NCBI RefSeq assembly: GCF_036365525.1 | Contig: NC_090397.1 | Location: 56,832,091 to 56,896,090 of the forward strand | Length of the DNA: 64,000 nucleotides | Reading direction: 5' to 3' | Source of the DNA: Heterodontus francisci | Lineage: Eukaryota | Notes under the pieces: generated by a model | Databases searched by the model: none | The model's input: only the letters and a program-made list of their open reading frames with translations | What the model was told of the DNA's origin: nothing | Position numbers and translations under genes: made by a program | Shown: one piece after another, positions 36,901-49,149 of the stretch | How positions within the stretch are numbered: position 1 is the stretch's first letter | Layout of the letters: every line of letters begins with the position of its first letter

Positions 36901-37550
36901 ACATCAACTGCTGCTGGAGGACTATCAATTCGGTGAAAGACGCCCTTTGGTCTGCCCGAAACTTGCTGGTCTTCCAGCGCAAAGAGTTGTCCACCACCGA
37001 ATGTTGCAGACTGGCACATTCCAAGGTCCAGGACTACGTGCTGAGGGACGCACTAAAGCTTGGGGCAGCCGCAGCAAAGGCTCAATGGGGAAAGACCACA
37101 GTGTAAGGTCCCCGCACCAAGCTGAACTGAGGGGCTGCATCCATGGGAAACCCCTCGAACTGTATCGTTAATATTTTCATTTGCTGTAAATGTAAAACTG
37201 TAATTGGCATGACAATAGTGAAATGGAAGGGTTGTGAAGAAACTCATGATAGTATAGAAGGAAACTGATCTCCCTTGCAATGTTTGTATTTTTTGGTGCT
37301 GTTTGAAACTGTTTGGCAATGTAATTTTTACAGATTGTTATGAATAAAGTATATTTTGGAAATTTAAAAAAAATTTAACTCCCAGTCGTGACCAACCTGT
37401 CACCATGTCTCCGTAATGGCTACCAAATCATATTCACTCGCGATGATTTGTGCCGTTAACTCATCAACCTTGTTACGAATGCTACGAGCATTCCGGTAAA
37501 GTGCCTTTATGCTAGCTTTCTTACCCTCATGATTTCCAACATCTCTAATT
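33982..37550 (-). mobile_element. Near full-length CR1 ORF2 (endonuclease and RT), frameshifted and interrupted by a Tx1-like insert
   Basis: NARSIRNK..AITETW (37400-37510), YRPP/GDFN/LDL/SDH (36044-36750), KSPGPDGMHPRVLKE, QHGF..GRSCLTNLLEF..YLDF, SGVPQGSVLGP..KFADDTK..YEERLSRLGLYSLE (34078-35052), then the CR1 tail. Confidence 0.95.
36753..37372 (+). mobile_element. 5'-truncated Tx1/L1-clade LINE 3' end
   Basis: Open frame TVAHLLLEC...ALWSARNLLVF...WGKTTV* (end of a CCHC zf-RVT region), AATAAA 37343-37348, A tail, 13-bp TSD ATTTAACTCCCAG at 36740-36752 / 37373-37385. Confidence 0.85.
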
Positions 37551-37819
37551 ATTCTTTTCCGCTTGCATGCAATAAAATAAAGCATGCTCATTCGATTCTT
37601 CTCCTTTCGCCGAAAGAAAACACATCCTCCCAAGTCTGCTGCTGATCCACCTGCAGTGCCTTTCCCAGCACTTCATTTCAGATTTTCAGCTTTCCCAATT
37701 ATCTTTTTATTGATTGCAACAAAGAAAGTTTAGCCAAATACATTTTTTTCTTGTTTTTCGGGGTGTTTTAACAATTTCGAGGTGCAAAGGAGTCCTCCAA
37801 ATTGTAATCACAGCAACAA

Positions 37820-37980
37820 CAACTCCGGAAACATCCTGGGTCGGGAACTTGTAGTCTCTTTGACTCTCTCGGAAAGAGAGTTGGACGACTACAGCTCCCA
37901 GAAAGCACCGCGGGGGGTAGCAGTGGACTACAACTCCCAAAGGCCATTGAGAGGAGCGACACATGCGCAGTGCTGATAAA
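37820..37980 (+). promoter_or_regulatory. CAX-gene CpG promoter with ZNF143/THAP11-type ACTACA-TCCC motifs
   Basis: ACTACAGCTCCCAGAAAGCAC 37888-37908, ACTACAACTCCCAA 37927-37940, an inverted degenerate copy at 37841-37856, CCGGAA at about 37825 and an NRF1-like CATGCGCA at 37962-37969. Confidence 0.75.
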
Positions 37981-38104
37981 AGAGGAGGTGGGAGGGGAGA
38001 GCGGTTGAGTGATCAGCAGGTGTTGAGGGAGGTTGTCCTCTGAGCCGGGCTTACAGACCACTACCACTACCACCACCAGCACCAGCACCAGCTGCTGTCC
38101 AGTC

Positions 38105-38168
38105 ATGTCGGAAATCGAGCAGGAGCCGGAGGTGGGCATGCGGAGACGGAGTACCCAGGACGCATTGA
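38105..38168 (+). CDS. Type II CAX cation/H+ exchanger, probable coding exon 1 (MSEIEQEPEVGMRRRSTQDAL)
   Basis: ATG in the CpG island downstream of the promoter motifs. The donor GTAAGG is phase 1, compatible with the exon at 53084. Confidence 0.7.
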
Positions 38169-38335
38169 GTAAGGAGCCTCTTTAAAACATTGTGTCGCCG
38201 GCTTAACTCGTTCTCCTCAGCCGGCGCTTCCCATGGCGTCTGGGCGCTGACAGCAGTTCCTCAACCCCATTCAAAGCTGCTGGGGCCTTAGGGCGCTGTG
38301 AGAATGACAACCGCTTGTGTGCAGATTTTTCAAAC

Positions 38336-38357
38336 TATATATATATATATATATATA
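38336..38357. repeat. (TA)n microsatellite
   Basis: tatatatatatatatatatata. Confidence 0.95.
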
Positions 38358-38394
38358 ATTTTTTTTTAATTAAAAGATTGTAATTAACACATTT

Positions 38395-38920
38395 CACTGA
38401 GAGTTGTTGGGAGCTGGACCTGAAAAAGGTAGTGGAGGCTGGTTGCATGACTAACTTCCAAAGGGAATTGGACAGCTGCTTGAGGGTGAGGAACTCACAG
38501 GGTTATGGATAAAAAGCAAAGATGTGGGAGTAGGCACGACTGCATGTTCAAAGAGCCAGCGCAGGCAAGAAGGGCTGAATGGTCTCCTTTGCTGTAAGTT
38601 TCTATAGTTCTGTGAATAAAATTCTTAATTTAAGAACAGGGTCCATAAGCCAGAGCGGCTGCAGATTTTAAGAGAATTGGGTGGAGGAGGTGGAGAAAAA
38701 AATATCTTCATACGGTGATCTGGAATGTACTGCGTGAATGGCTGAAGGAAGCAGATTCAATAAGTAACTTTCAAAAAGGAATTGGATGAATATTGAAGGG
38801 GGAAATTTACAGCGCTGTAGGGAAAGAGCAGGGAAGTGGGACTAATTGTAGCTCTACCAGAGAGCTGGCACAACCATGATGTGCCAAATGACCACCCCCT
38901 GTGTTATATGATTCTGTAAT
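38395..38920 (+). mobile_element. Two decayed CR1 3' fragments
   Basis: Each contains ..ttc.aaa.ggaattgga.. and a CR1-type tail. Confidence 0.6.
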
Positions 38921-39069
38921 ATGCTCTTCATTGTAATTGTGTTTAATGTTAATCCCCATCCTTCCACTTGTTTTCTGTCCCTGACACAGTGAGTTATGTG
39001 ACCATATAACTAACTGCTTAATATGAAATTTAATATCTTTAAGCTGCTGCATGTGGTTTTATTTAGCTG

Positions 39070-39420
39070 GTTTAGATTTTAGATTAGATTAGAGATACAG
39101 CACTGAAACAGGCCCTTCGGCCCACCGAGTCTGTGCTGACCATCAACCACCCATTTATACTAATCCTACACTAATCCCATATTCCTACCACATCCCCACC
39201 TGTCCCTATATTTCCCTACCACCTACCTATACTAGGGGCAATTTATAATGGCCAATTTACCTATCAACCTGCAAGTCTTTTGGCTTGTGGGAGGAAACCG
39301 GAGCACCTGGAGGAAACCCACGCAGACACAGGGAGAACTTGCAAACTCCACACAGGCAGTACCCAGAATCGAACCCGGGTCCCTGGAGCTGTGAGGCTGT
39401 GGTGCTAACCACTGTGCTGC
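39070..39420 (-). mobile_element. HE1-type V-SINE with (TTAGA)n tail
   Basis: Highly similar to 59-368 and 11188-11525. Confidence 0.85.
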
Positions 39421-39959
39421 CCCAATACCAATAGGCTAATGAAACTGGGACAGACTGAGCAGTCTTGGCCTGTTTCATTCTGGCATTTCAATGCTTTTGG
39501 AGACAAAATGTGGATTTTTTTTTTGGTGGGGGAGGGTGGTTGTAAATACAATCATTCATTTTTTCTGGTTGATTTATCGGTTGTTGCTGTGTATGAATGC
39601 TGTTTGAGTCAATACTTTGTAATATGCACAATATGCAAATATGCTGCTGGTTTTTGGCTGATTTCAGTTGCTTCTATCACTACCACTTCATCCTGTGTTG
39701 CATAACTTGAATGCTTTTTTGCAGCCATGATGCAAGTTTAGGAGTTCTGAATATGTAAATGAACTCCCCGCCACCACTCTTGGGCAGATGTACCCTGAGT
39801 GCTTTGCTTACCTGCTGTTTGATTCCACTGAAATCTTAGTGATATTACTGCATTAATATCTGTTGCACTTTGATCCCTCCCTCCATATTAATCATAGTGT
39901 TGTTGATTGACAGTGTTTGGGCTGCATGTCTTGTGGAGTAGAAGTCACCCCTGTCGAAA

Positions 39960-40370
39960 CTCGGCCTGTATTCTCTGGAGTTTTGAAGAATGAGAGGTGA
40001 TCTCATTGAAACTTAAACATTTTTACAGGGTGGATGTGGATAGGATGTTTCCTCTGGTTGGTGAGTCTACAACCAGGGGATGCAGTCTCAGAATAAAGGG
40101 CAGGCCATTTAAGACTGAGATTAGGAGGAATTTCTTTACTCAGAGGGTGGTGAATCTTTGGAATTCTCTACCTCAGGGCTGTGGAGGCTCAATCATTGAG
40201 CATATTCGAGATAGAAATCGATTTATATTTCTGGGTGCTAATGACATCATGGGATATGGGGAAAGTGGGGGGAAAAATGGCTTAGAGGTAGATGATCAGC
40301 CATGATCTGTTTGAAAGGCGGAGCAGGCTCGATGGGTTGAATGGTCTACTCCTGTTTCCTATGTTCCTAA
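39960..40370 (+). mobile_element. CR1 3' end
   Basis: RVDVDRMFPLVGES.TRG.SLRIKGRPFKTEIRRNFFTQRVVNLWNSLP plus tail ttcctatgttccta. Confidence 0.85.
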
Positions 40371-41652
40371 CGGCGGTGTACATTGGCTCCTGGTCCACCA
40401 ACTCTTCAAATTTAAGTTTTCATTCCGATGTTCAAATCCCTCCATCCTTTGCACCCTCCCTTGCTTTGTAACCTTCTATAATCCTTTGACAATTCTGCAT
40501 TTTTTCCAGTTCTGACCTCTTGCAAATCCCTGGCTTCCTTCACCCCACTATTGGCGGCCATGCCTTCAACTGTCTAGGTCCTGAGGTCTGGAATTACCTT
40601 CCTCGTTTGAAGACACTCCTCAAAACTGACTACTTTGATCAACCTTATCTAATGTGTCCTCCTTCAGCTTGGTGTGAATTTTTTCTGATTATGCTCCCCT
40701 GAAGTACCTTGAAATGTTTTGCTACATTAAGGCATTATATGAATACAAATTGAGGAATGAGGTTCAGCTGTTGTCAGCCTGTTTATCTTGATATGAAGGG
40801 GCCCCATCACTGTCTCTGAAATAACTTTACAATTACAATTTGGGGAGAACTATTTTTGTTTATAAATTGACTTGTGTTAATGCATACTGTGAATAGGAGC
40901 AGCAAGTAGTGTCGCTAGTTGTAGTTTGGGAGATTTATTTGCTTAAATTTAATGTTTTATGCTTCTGCTTGAGAAATCTTTAAAATTCTTCCTGTAATAT
41001 ACAGGTGGAATAGAATCTATAAAGTTGTATCCAGGTGCCTAATACACAAGTACCTGTATTTTAAAAAGGTCTGAAAAGTAGTATGAGAAAGTGGCTAAGT
41101 GTTGCACTGGACTATATTCAGAACAAAATAGAATAAATTCACAGTGCAGTCACTTCAGTACAAAGGGTTTTCAAAAAAATAGATAAATTGGGAAGTAGAG
41201 TTTAGGTGGAACCAATTTTTAAATTAAAAAGCAGAAAGAGGTTTTTGAAGTCTTGTAGGTGAATGAGTTGGAAATTTTTTTTCATGAGGTTGTGGAATCT
41301 GGCAGGAGAGAGAATGAAAGAATGATGTGTTCAATGATAGAAGAAATGAGATTGTGTGGAGAACAGACAATTCTGTTGACAATAATATTTTCTTCTGTCT
41401 TGTCTGGGAGTTCACGTGGTGTAGAAAATGCCTGAATTTTATAATTTGGGTTTTAGAGGAATGCTCCCAACTATGAGTCAGATAGAGCTGGCGTGTGACT
41501 CACTGGAGGGGGTATGTAAGTCTAAGGTCAAATTCTATACCTTGATCTTTGGTAGCATAATGGATGAATGTTTTTAATGATGCTTTGGAGAAAATTTATC
41601 TGTCTATATGGTGCCCAAATCAGGTGGTTTTGATGCAACGTACAACCCAAAT

Positions 41653-43595
41653 CTATCTTTTCTCCGCTGGTCCAGTCTCTTCCCACCTACATCCGTGACT
41701 CTTCTGACGCCCTACATCATTTTGACAATTTCCAGTTTCCTGGTCCCAACCTCTTCACGATGAACGTCCAATCGCTCTACACCTCCATCCCCCACCAGGA
41801 CGGTCTGAGGGCTCTCCGCTTCTTCCTGGAACAGAGGCCCAACCAGTTCCCATCCACCACCACCCTCCTCCGCCTGGCTGAACTTGTTCTCACATTGAAC
41901 AACTTCTCCTTCAACTCCACACACTTCCTTCAAGTAAAAGGTGTTACTATGGGTACCCGCATGGGTCCTAGTTATGCCTGTCTTTTTGTGGGATGTGTCG
42001 AGCATTCTTTGTTCCAGTCCTACTCAGGCCCCCTCCCCCAACTCTTTTTCCGGTACATTGATGACTGTATCGGTGCCGTTTCCTGCTCTCACCCCGAACT
42101 AGAAAACTTTATCAACTTTGCTTCCAATTTCCACCCTTCTCTCACCTTTACATGGTCCATCTCTGACACTTCCCTTCCCTTCCTCGACTTCTCTGTCTCC
42201 ATCTCTGGGGATAGGTTGTCTACCAATATCCATTATAAGCCCACCGACTCCCACAGCTACCTCGTCTACACATCTTCACACCCTACCTCCTGTAAGGACT
42301 CCATTCCATTCTCCCAGTTTCTCCGTCTCCGACGCATCTGCTCTGATGATGCTACCTTCCATGACGGTGCTTCTGATATGACCTCCTTTTTCCTCAACCG
42401 AGGATTTCCCCCCACTGTGGTTGACAGGGCCCTCAACCGTGTCCGACCCATTCCCCGCACCTCTACCCTCACCTCTTCCCCTCCCTCCCAGAACCGTGAC
42501 AGAGTTCCCCTTGTCCTCATTTTTCATCCCACGAGCCTCCATATCCAAAGGATCATCCTCTGCCATTTTCGCCACCTCCAGCGTGATGCCACTACCAGTC
42601 GCATCTTCCCCTCCCTTCCCCTGTCAGCATTCCGAAGGGATCGTTCCCTCCGCGACACCCTGGTCCACTCCTCCATTACCCCCACCACCTCGTCCCCGTC
42701 CCAGGGCACCTTCTCCTGCAATCGCAGGAGGTGTAATACCTGCCCATTTACCTCCTCTCTCCTCACTATCCCAGGCCCCAAACACTCCTTTCAGGTGAAG
42801 CAGCGATTTACTTGTACTTCTTTCAATGTAATATACTGTATTCGCTGCTCACAGTGTGGTCTCCTCTACATTGGGGAGACCAAGCGCAGACTGACCGCTT
42901 TGCGGAACATCCCCGCTCAGTCTGCAAGCAGGACCCTGAGCTTCCGGTTGCTTGCCATTTCAACACTTCCCCCCCCCTCCCCTGCTCTCATGCTCACATC
43001 TCTGTCCTGGGACTGCTGCAGTGTTCCAGTGAACATCAACGCAAGCTTGAGGAACAGCATCTCATCTACCGATTAGGCACACTTCAGCCTGCCGGACTGA
43101 ACATTGAGTTCAATAATTTCAGAGCATGACAGCCCCCCATTTTTAGTTAGTTTTTCTTTTTTTTTTCTTTTTTTTACATTCTTTTTTACATTTTCTACAA
43201 TCCTTTTTTTTGACTTTATTTCATTTCATCTTAGTTTGTTCAGTTTGCTTAGCCACTATTTTTTTCAGGTTTTTTTTCAGGTTTGCACTTGCTGCTGTTC
43301 AATAATCAGTGTATTTACACCTAATCTGTACTAATGCTTTGTCTTTCAACACACCATTAATATATTGTTTGCCTTTGCTCCGTGACCTTTTGGTCAGCTA
43401 TGTGGCCTGGTCCAATCTGCACCTTCTCCTTTTGTTATCTCTTGCCCCACCCCCACCTCACTTGCTTATAATCTGTGACTTTTCTAATATTTGTCAGTTC
43501 CAAAGAAGGGTCACTGACCTGAAACGTTAACTCTGCTTCTCTTTCCACAGATGCTGCCAGACCTGCTGAGTGATTCCAGCATTTCTTGTTTTTGT
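41653..43595 (+). mobile_element. Penelope-like retroelement (RT and GIY-YIG endonuclease), 5'-truncated, in CAX intron 1
   Basis: ORF 41760-43076: VQSLYTSIP, Q.KG.TMGT.M.PSYACLF, RYIDD, LPFLD, YKPTDSHSYL..SSHP, CxRRRCxTC, VIYCIRC..CGLLYIGET. After a frameshift near 42893 it continues RFAEH..HFN..GLNIEF (stop 43129). 9-bp TSD AACCCAAAT at 41644-41652 / 43596-43604. Confidence 0.93.
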
Positions 43596-43875
43596 AACCC
43601 AAATAGCCTATTCCTTTATTCAAAGTCACTTATTTCAGATTGTTTGATACAATATTTTTGACACTAAATTTCTAGTTTGATGCTTATAATTCCAAGTTCT
43701 TCGATGTTTAAAAAAAATTTGCATGCAAGTACAATTTTGAATTGCCAGGTGTCGACTCTGCATTTCTCGACCTCTTCAATGTGCAACAGTGCTGCCTCAA
43801 ACTTGCATGGGCAACCCCGTTGCTGCTGGGGTATTTGGTCCTATTTTCCAAAAGACTGCAAGCTACCTGAAAGTT

Positions 43876-44015
43876 AGCACCTCCAACAGTGCAGACCTTT
43901 TATCAGTGCATTATTGGGGAACGTCAGCCTGAATTTTGTGCTCAACTCCCTGGAGTGGGACTTGAGCCCACAGTTTTCTGACTCTTGAGGTGAGTGTGCT
44001 ATCCACTGAGCCAAG
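43876..44015 (-). mobile_element. Deu-domain SINE 5' part
   Basis: gcacctccaacagtgcag...gtcagcctgaattttgtgctca..ctggagtgggacttgagcccaca. Confidence 0.65.
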
Positions 44016-46399
44016 GTTGAGTATCCAATGATCAACACTTGGGATGGGCTTGCAGAGTAGTGGGGGAAAATGTTAGGAGTCAGCAGTTGGATATTTGGAA
44101 AATTTTTAAATGAATGAACTGATGTGGGGGAAATAGACATCCTCCTCCATATTTCATAGCCTTGTGGTGAGGTCCATTTTTTTTTTATTACCCCATGGAT
44201 ATAATTTTAGTATTCTATTTGGTGTATACCCTTTGTGGTTAAACCCAACTGACAACATGGGATGTCAGAATAACTAGGGTACTGAGCTTGTTGCTTGGAG
44301 TGAGCAGGAATCCATCTCTGTTGCTGTTACTATGGGGCGCAAGTGGCAATTAAGGAATAAAATGGTTTTCCAAGGATTCCAGCAGCAGGTGCATTATCTG
44401 AGGAAGGAAATCACTGCTGCAACCTCTGAACAAATATGGAACTGCCCCTCATTTTTTTAGTTTTGTGCTTTTTGAATCTAGCCATGTGTGACCAAAGTGT
44501 GCTTATTTAAGCAGGTTATGGGTGGAGTTATTCAACTTCTGTTTTTTTTTGTTGAAGCAGCAGCAATTTTTTTTATGCCTTTCTAGAGTGGCTGTGTCCT
44601 TAGTACTTTTTAACCATATAAATGGACTCCTGGCTCTCTTGATGCCTGATCTGGTTGGAGGAGTGAATACTGGGCCAAACAGACTATGGAGAGTCCCGGT
44701 TTGGTCCCTCAACTATGGAAAAAGGGTTGATCTTGGGCGGTGTAACTTTACACAGTTATGAGGCTGTGGGATTTACTTTCAGGGTTACTGGCTGGGGCAG
44801 AAACTGTTGACATTCAGGATTAGATTCAATAGGTGGATGAAGGGAGAGTGTCATTAAAAGTGGCCATAAAGCTGATTGCTGTAAAAACTCATTTGGTTCA
44901 CTAATGTCCTTTTAGGGAAGGAAACTTGCAGTCCTTACCCACTCGAGCCAATGTGTGGCTCCAGTCCCACACCAGTGTTGACTCTTAACTGCCCTCTGAA
45001 GTGGCCTAGCAAGCCCCTCAATTGTATCAAAACTGCTACAAAGAATGAGATGTATTGTGGGAGCACCTTCACCACATGGACTGCAGCAGTTCAAAAGGTT
45101 TCATGGGGCAGCTAGGGAAGGACAATAAATACTGGCCTTACTGCATTCTTGGAATGAATAAGAACATTGAAGGATTTTTTTGTTATTGGAGACTGGCGAC
45201 TGTCACCAGTTGTTCCTTTGCCAACATTCTCTGTCTGTATGCAGCTTTGTCACAATTGTTTTAAAACCAACAAGCTGGGGTATTTTCGGTTGCTGGCAGT
45301 CTGCAGGGTTGCTATCAATTGGGAAGATTACTTGAAATGAGAGATGAAATTTGGTAGTGTACGTCTCTGAAGCAATAGTGACTGAGTTAGAGATGGCAAG
45401 AACTAGACGAGCTGACCTTGGGCTTAAGGTATTAGTCACTGCATCACATGACATTTCAACTGTTTTGAAATACTGTAAGCATGTGCAAAGGAAAAATAGG
45501 CCAAGGTTTTGGGTATTGATCCTTCAGCTAAATATTTTACACAAGTTTGTAGGAAAGGACTGATTCCTTTCTCAAAGAAAATAATGCTGTCTTTTTTGTT
45601 TTAAAAACCTGCTGCATTCCAATAACCAGGGCATTGAATGGGTTTAAAAATGAACTGCATTGTAGATTCCCTCTTTCCAATCTTAACTACTTGACTCTAG
45701 TGGAATCTCGAGAGCAAGTGGCGGATTGTCGTATCCAGCTATGGAGGTGCTATACAGTTAGCTGTGAATGGTAATAACAATTGAGGTAAGTGAGTAAGTA
45801 TTGAAATCCTCGGTGAAGCCTAAGCTGTTGAAGGATATGTTTAACATCCCTTCCTTCCATTGCAGATCCTCCTAGTACTGGAAGACAGACAATTACTTTT
45901 ATACATGATTGAAACTGTGAAGCCTCATCTTGCCTATAAATTCTAGTTCCCTTGTTTCATTCCATTAAAGTGTAGGGAATGAAACAATTGTATTAGTGGG
46001 AGCCCATGGCTTTGCTCAGTGAGTTGGGAGATATAGTAGAAGTTTGTGAGTTAATGGGTGACTTTTTTTAAAGTCACGTGGATACTGGCAGTCTGGTACA
46101 TGTACACCAAATTAAGATGCATACTTGGAAATCTCACATAACCTTGTTTTTCCAAAGTCACGTGTTTAAAGAGAGCACTTTGAGCTGTTTGACACTAGTG
46201 ATGGTATAATGGTTACAGGATGGAGTTTTTGCACAAGAAGGGTGTTGTACATTTGTGTACTGGCTTGGTTTTTCAACTATTGGTGTCAAAGCATGCAACA
46301 GTTTAGAAACTCCCAGGTAGCTTTCTGCTGAAGCAAACAGTCATCATACTGGAACATATCTTTTGCTTCTACAACTTCCAGTTTTAGGTTTTTTTTTTG

Positions 46400-46820
46400 T
46401 TTGAAGGAGGTAGGTGTCATTGGCAAAGCCAACATATATTGCTTATCCCTGATTGCCTTGAAGGTGATGGTGAACTGCCTTTTGAACCACTACACTCTGG
46501 AATTCAGCTCTTTTGTCCATGTTTGAGCCAAGGCTATGGTGAAGCCTGGAGCCCAATAGTCCTGGTGGAACTCCAACTGAGCATTGATTAAATGCTGCTT
46601 GATAGCATTGTTGATAATGCCTTCCATCACTTTGATGGAGAGTTGACTGTTGGGGTGGTAATTGGTTGGATTGGATTTGATTGGGCAATTTTCCACTTTG
46701 TTGGTAGATGCCTGTGTTACAGCTGATTTGGAACTTGGCTAGGGATGCAACTATTTCTGTAGCACAAGTCTTTGCAACAGTTGGGATGTTGTTGGGGCTC
46801 ATAGTTTTTGCTGTATTCAA
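46400..46820 (-). mobile_element. Old fragment of the 30770-type LINE
   Basis: Degenerate translations SNPTNYHP..KVMEGIINNAIKQHL..AQLEFHQ..QTWTKELNS. Confidence 0.7.
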
Positions 46821-47849
46821 TGAGCTCTGCTCTTAATATTCAATATCAAGAAGAGATACTGATGGTTTGAGGCTACTGTATGGTGTTAGATATAGCAGAG
46901 TACCAGAAACAGTTCAATTCAGTGCTGAGAACCCACATGTACAATCAAATGTGACTGCTTTGCTGTGTAATAGCCACAAGACCATCTGATTACAAGTGAA
47001 TATAGCGTAAGTTGAAAATATATAGCTAAATCTATAAAACTCAACAATTTAAAATGTTCACTTTCATCTTTGTGTAATATGGGAAGTGATAATGCAGAAT
47101 GCTATTGCAAACTTCTGTAGTATACGAGAACTATAAATGGATTTTAATCAGTGAACATTTTGGTTGCGCCAACAGGAAGTCTAGTTTTTTTTTTTTATCC
47201 CCCACCCCACTCTCCCAAACATTGGAGTGGAGAAAGCCAGGGCTGATAGTGAAAAAACACACCGTCACCTTTTGCACAAAGTGAAGTTTTACTTGGAGCT
47301 GATGAACTTTGATCACAGTCTTTGTTCTGACTCACTGTGCTTGGTTTCTCGGGGCAGTAATGGGCACAAGTCAGTCCAGATCTCCCAGGATCTGGTGGTG
47401 TGGTGCTTGTAACAGATAAGGTAGGGGAGCCCCACCCACCATGTGCTTGTAAATGTTGATCACAAAGGGGTTCATGATACTCATGGCCTTGAGGAGATGG
47501 CCACTGTCGGGTGAGAACCTCCTTCATTTCCTTGTAGTTTCATTTGAGTAACTCCTTCCTCTACCTTCTCCACTTCTTGCGTCCCTTCACTGGTGCTTTA
47601 TGCTTTTCTTGGCGCCCTTCTTGGGAGCTGCTTTATTCTCTTCCAGCATTTTCAAACTCAGTGTATCTCACCTGTCATCAAGACACTAACTTTCCACAGC
47701 AATGCTATGTGACAATCCCTGAAGAAACTGTTGATGGGTTACAGTGAAACTTGTCCACACATTATAATCCATCTGACTCCTGTTACATTAACATTTCAGG
47801 ACTGATACTATTGTGTTAATTTATTTTTTAACTATGCGCCTGCCTTAAA

Positions 47850-48190
47850 CTTGGCTTTTCATGTTTGTACTTTGGGACAGAACTGTTCGTTATTCTGTCA
47901 TTAACACACTCTCTGGATTAATGCTTTGTCTTTCACCACACTATTAGCACTCCCTTTGCCTCATGACATCTTTGTCATTTAATCTCTCCTGCCCTCTACC
48001 TATCCCACACCTTAGCTTTTGTTCTATTCCTTTCTCTCTTTTCCCCCCCCCCCACCCCCGCTTCATTTGCTTAAAACTTATTACATTTCCAACCTTTACC
48101 GGTTCTGATGAAAGGTCACAGACCTGAAACATAAACTCCTCCTCTCTCTCCTCAGATGCTGCCAGACCTGCTGAGTATTTTCAGCACTTT
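47850..48190 (+). mobile_element. Penelope 3' tail fragment with hammerhead motif (48101-48137)
   Basis: Similar to 43270-43595; contains GGTT-CTGATGA-A-AGGTC(ACA)GACCT-GAAA-CATA-AACT. Confidence 0.75.
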
Positions 48191-49061
48191 GTTACTATTG
48201 ACCCAATTGTTTAAAATGTGCTAATGTTGCTGCTGATTTAAAGGGCATTATCTTGCCTGGGGTGTAGTTTTGTTGACACAGCAGTACTTGCTGTAGGATG
48301 AGGAAAGTGAGACTGAAATCCTGCATTTCATTTTGTATATCGTGTGCAGTTTAAGTGAAAAAGGATTCAATGAATGCCTTGTGTTTGAATTGATGCTGAA
48401 CAGACTCAAGGCGTGGCCGTTATCTTCTCGAGCTTGCTGTTGTGTAGTCAGTATCTGAGGGAGGGTGGAGAAAGGAGCTGATGAAGTGCTGCACTTTGCA
48501 CTTGTCCTTCTGTTGGACAGTGCCCTCACTGGGCAATTTGGGTTTCAAACTGTTTCTATCCATTCCCCACTTCCTTCACCCTACCATTGGCTGCCATGCC
48601 TTGCTTGGGCCCTAATATCTGGAAACCTTTTGCCAAACCTCTGCCCCTTCATTCCCCTCCTCCTTTAAGTCCCCTTCAAACCTATCTTTGGCCATACTTT
48701 TGGTCACCTGACTTAATATCTCCTTTTTGGTTTGGTGTCGGTTTTTGTCGCCATGTGCTCCTGTGAAATGCCTTGCGATGCTTGAATATATTAAAGGTGC
48801 TATATAACTGCAAGATATTGTTGCCCTGACTCCGGAGTTAAATAAAATGTTTAATCTTCCTGATCCACCTACATTGGGTTAGCCCATTGTTTGATGGGGG
48901 GGTGGGGGGACATTGACAAATTTCATAAGATGTCCCTATTCCATCAAGTTTACAACAATGGGACAGTCCTCTTTCCAACAGTAGTGCCCACTTCTGGCTT
49001 TACTCACTGTGACCAGGCTGTCATTTGTTTCTATCTACAACTTTTTTTCCAGTTTAAAAAA

Positions 49062-49149
49062 AAAGTGCTGGAAATACTCAGCAGGTCTGGCAGCATCTGT
49101 GGAGAGAGCAGCAGAGTTAATGTTTCAGGTCCGTGACCTTTCATCGAAC
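49062..49149 (-). mobile_element. Short Penelope tail fragment with a degenerate hammerhead motif
   Basis: Minus strand: GTTC-GATGA-A-AGGTC(ACG)GACCT-GAAACATTAACTCTG...CAGATGCTGCCAGACCTGCTGAGT. Confidence 0.7.

Noticed and set aside
36044-37106. ORFs 36044-36832 (-) and 36660-37106 (+) as novel fusion proteins
   Set aside because: They are chance read-throughs across the CR1/Tx1 junction defined by the 13-bp TSD.
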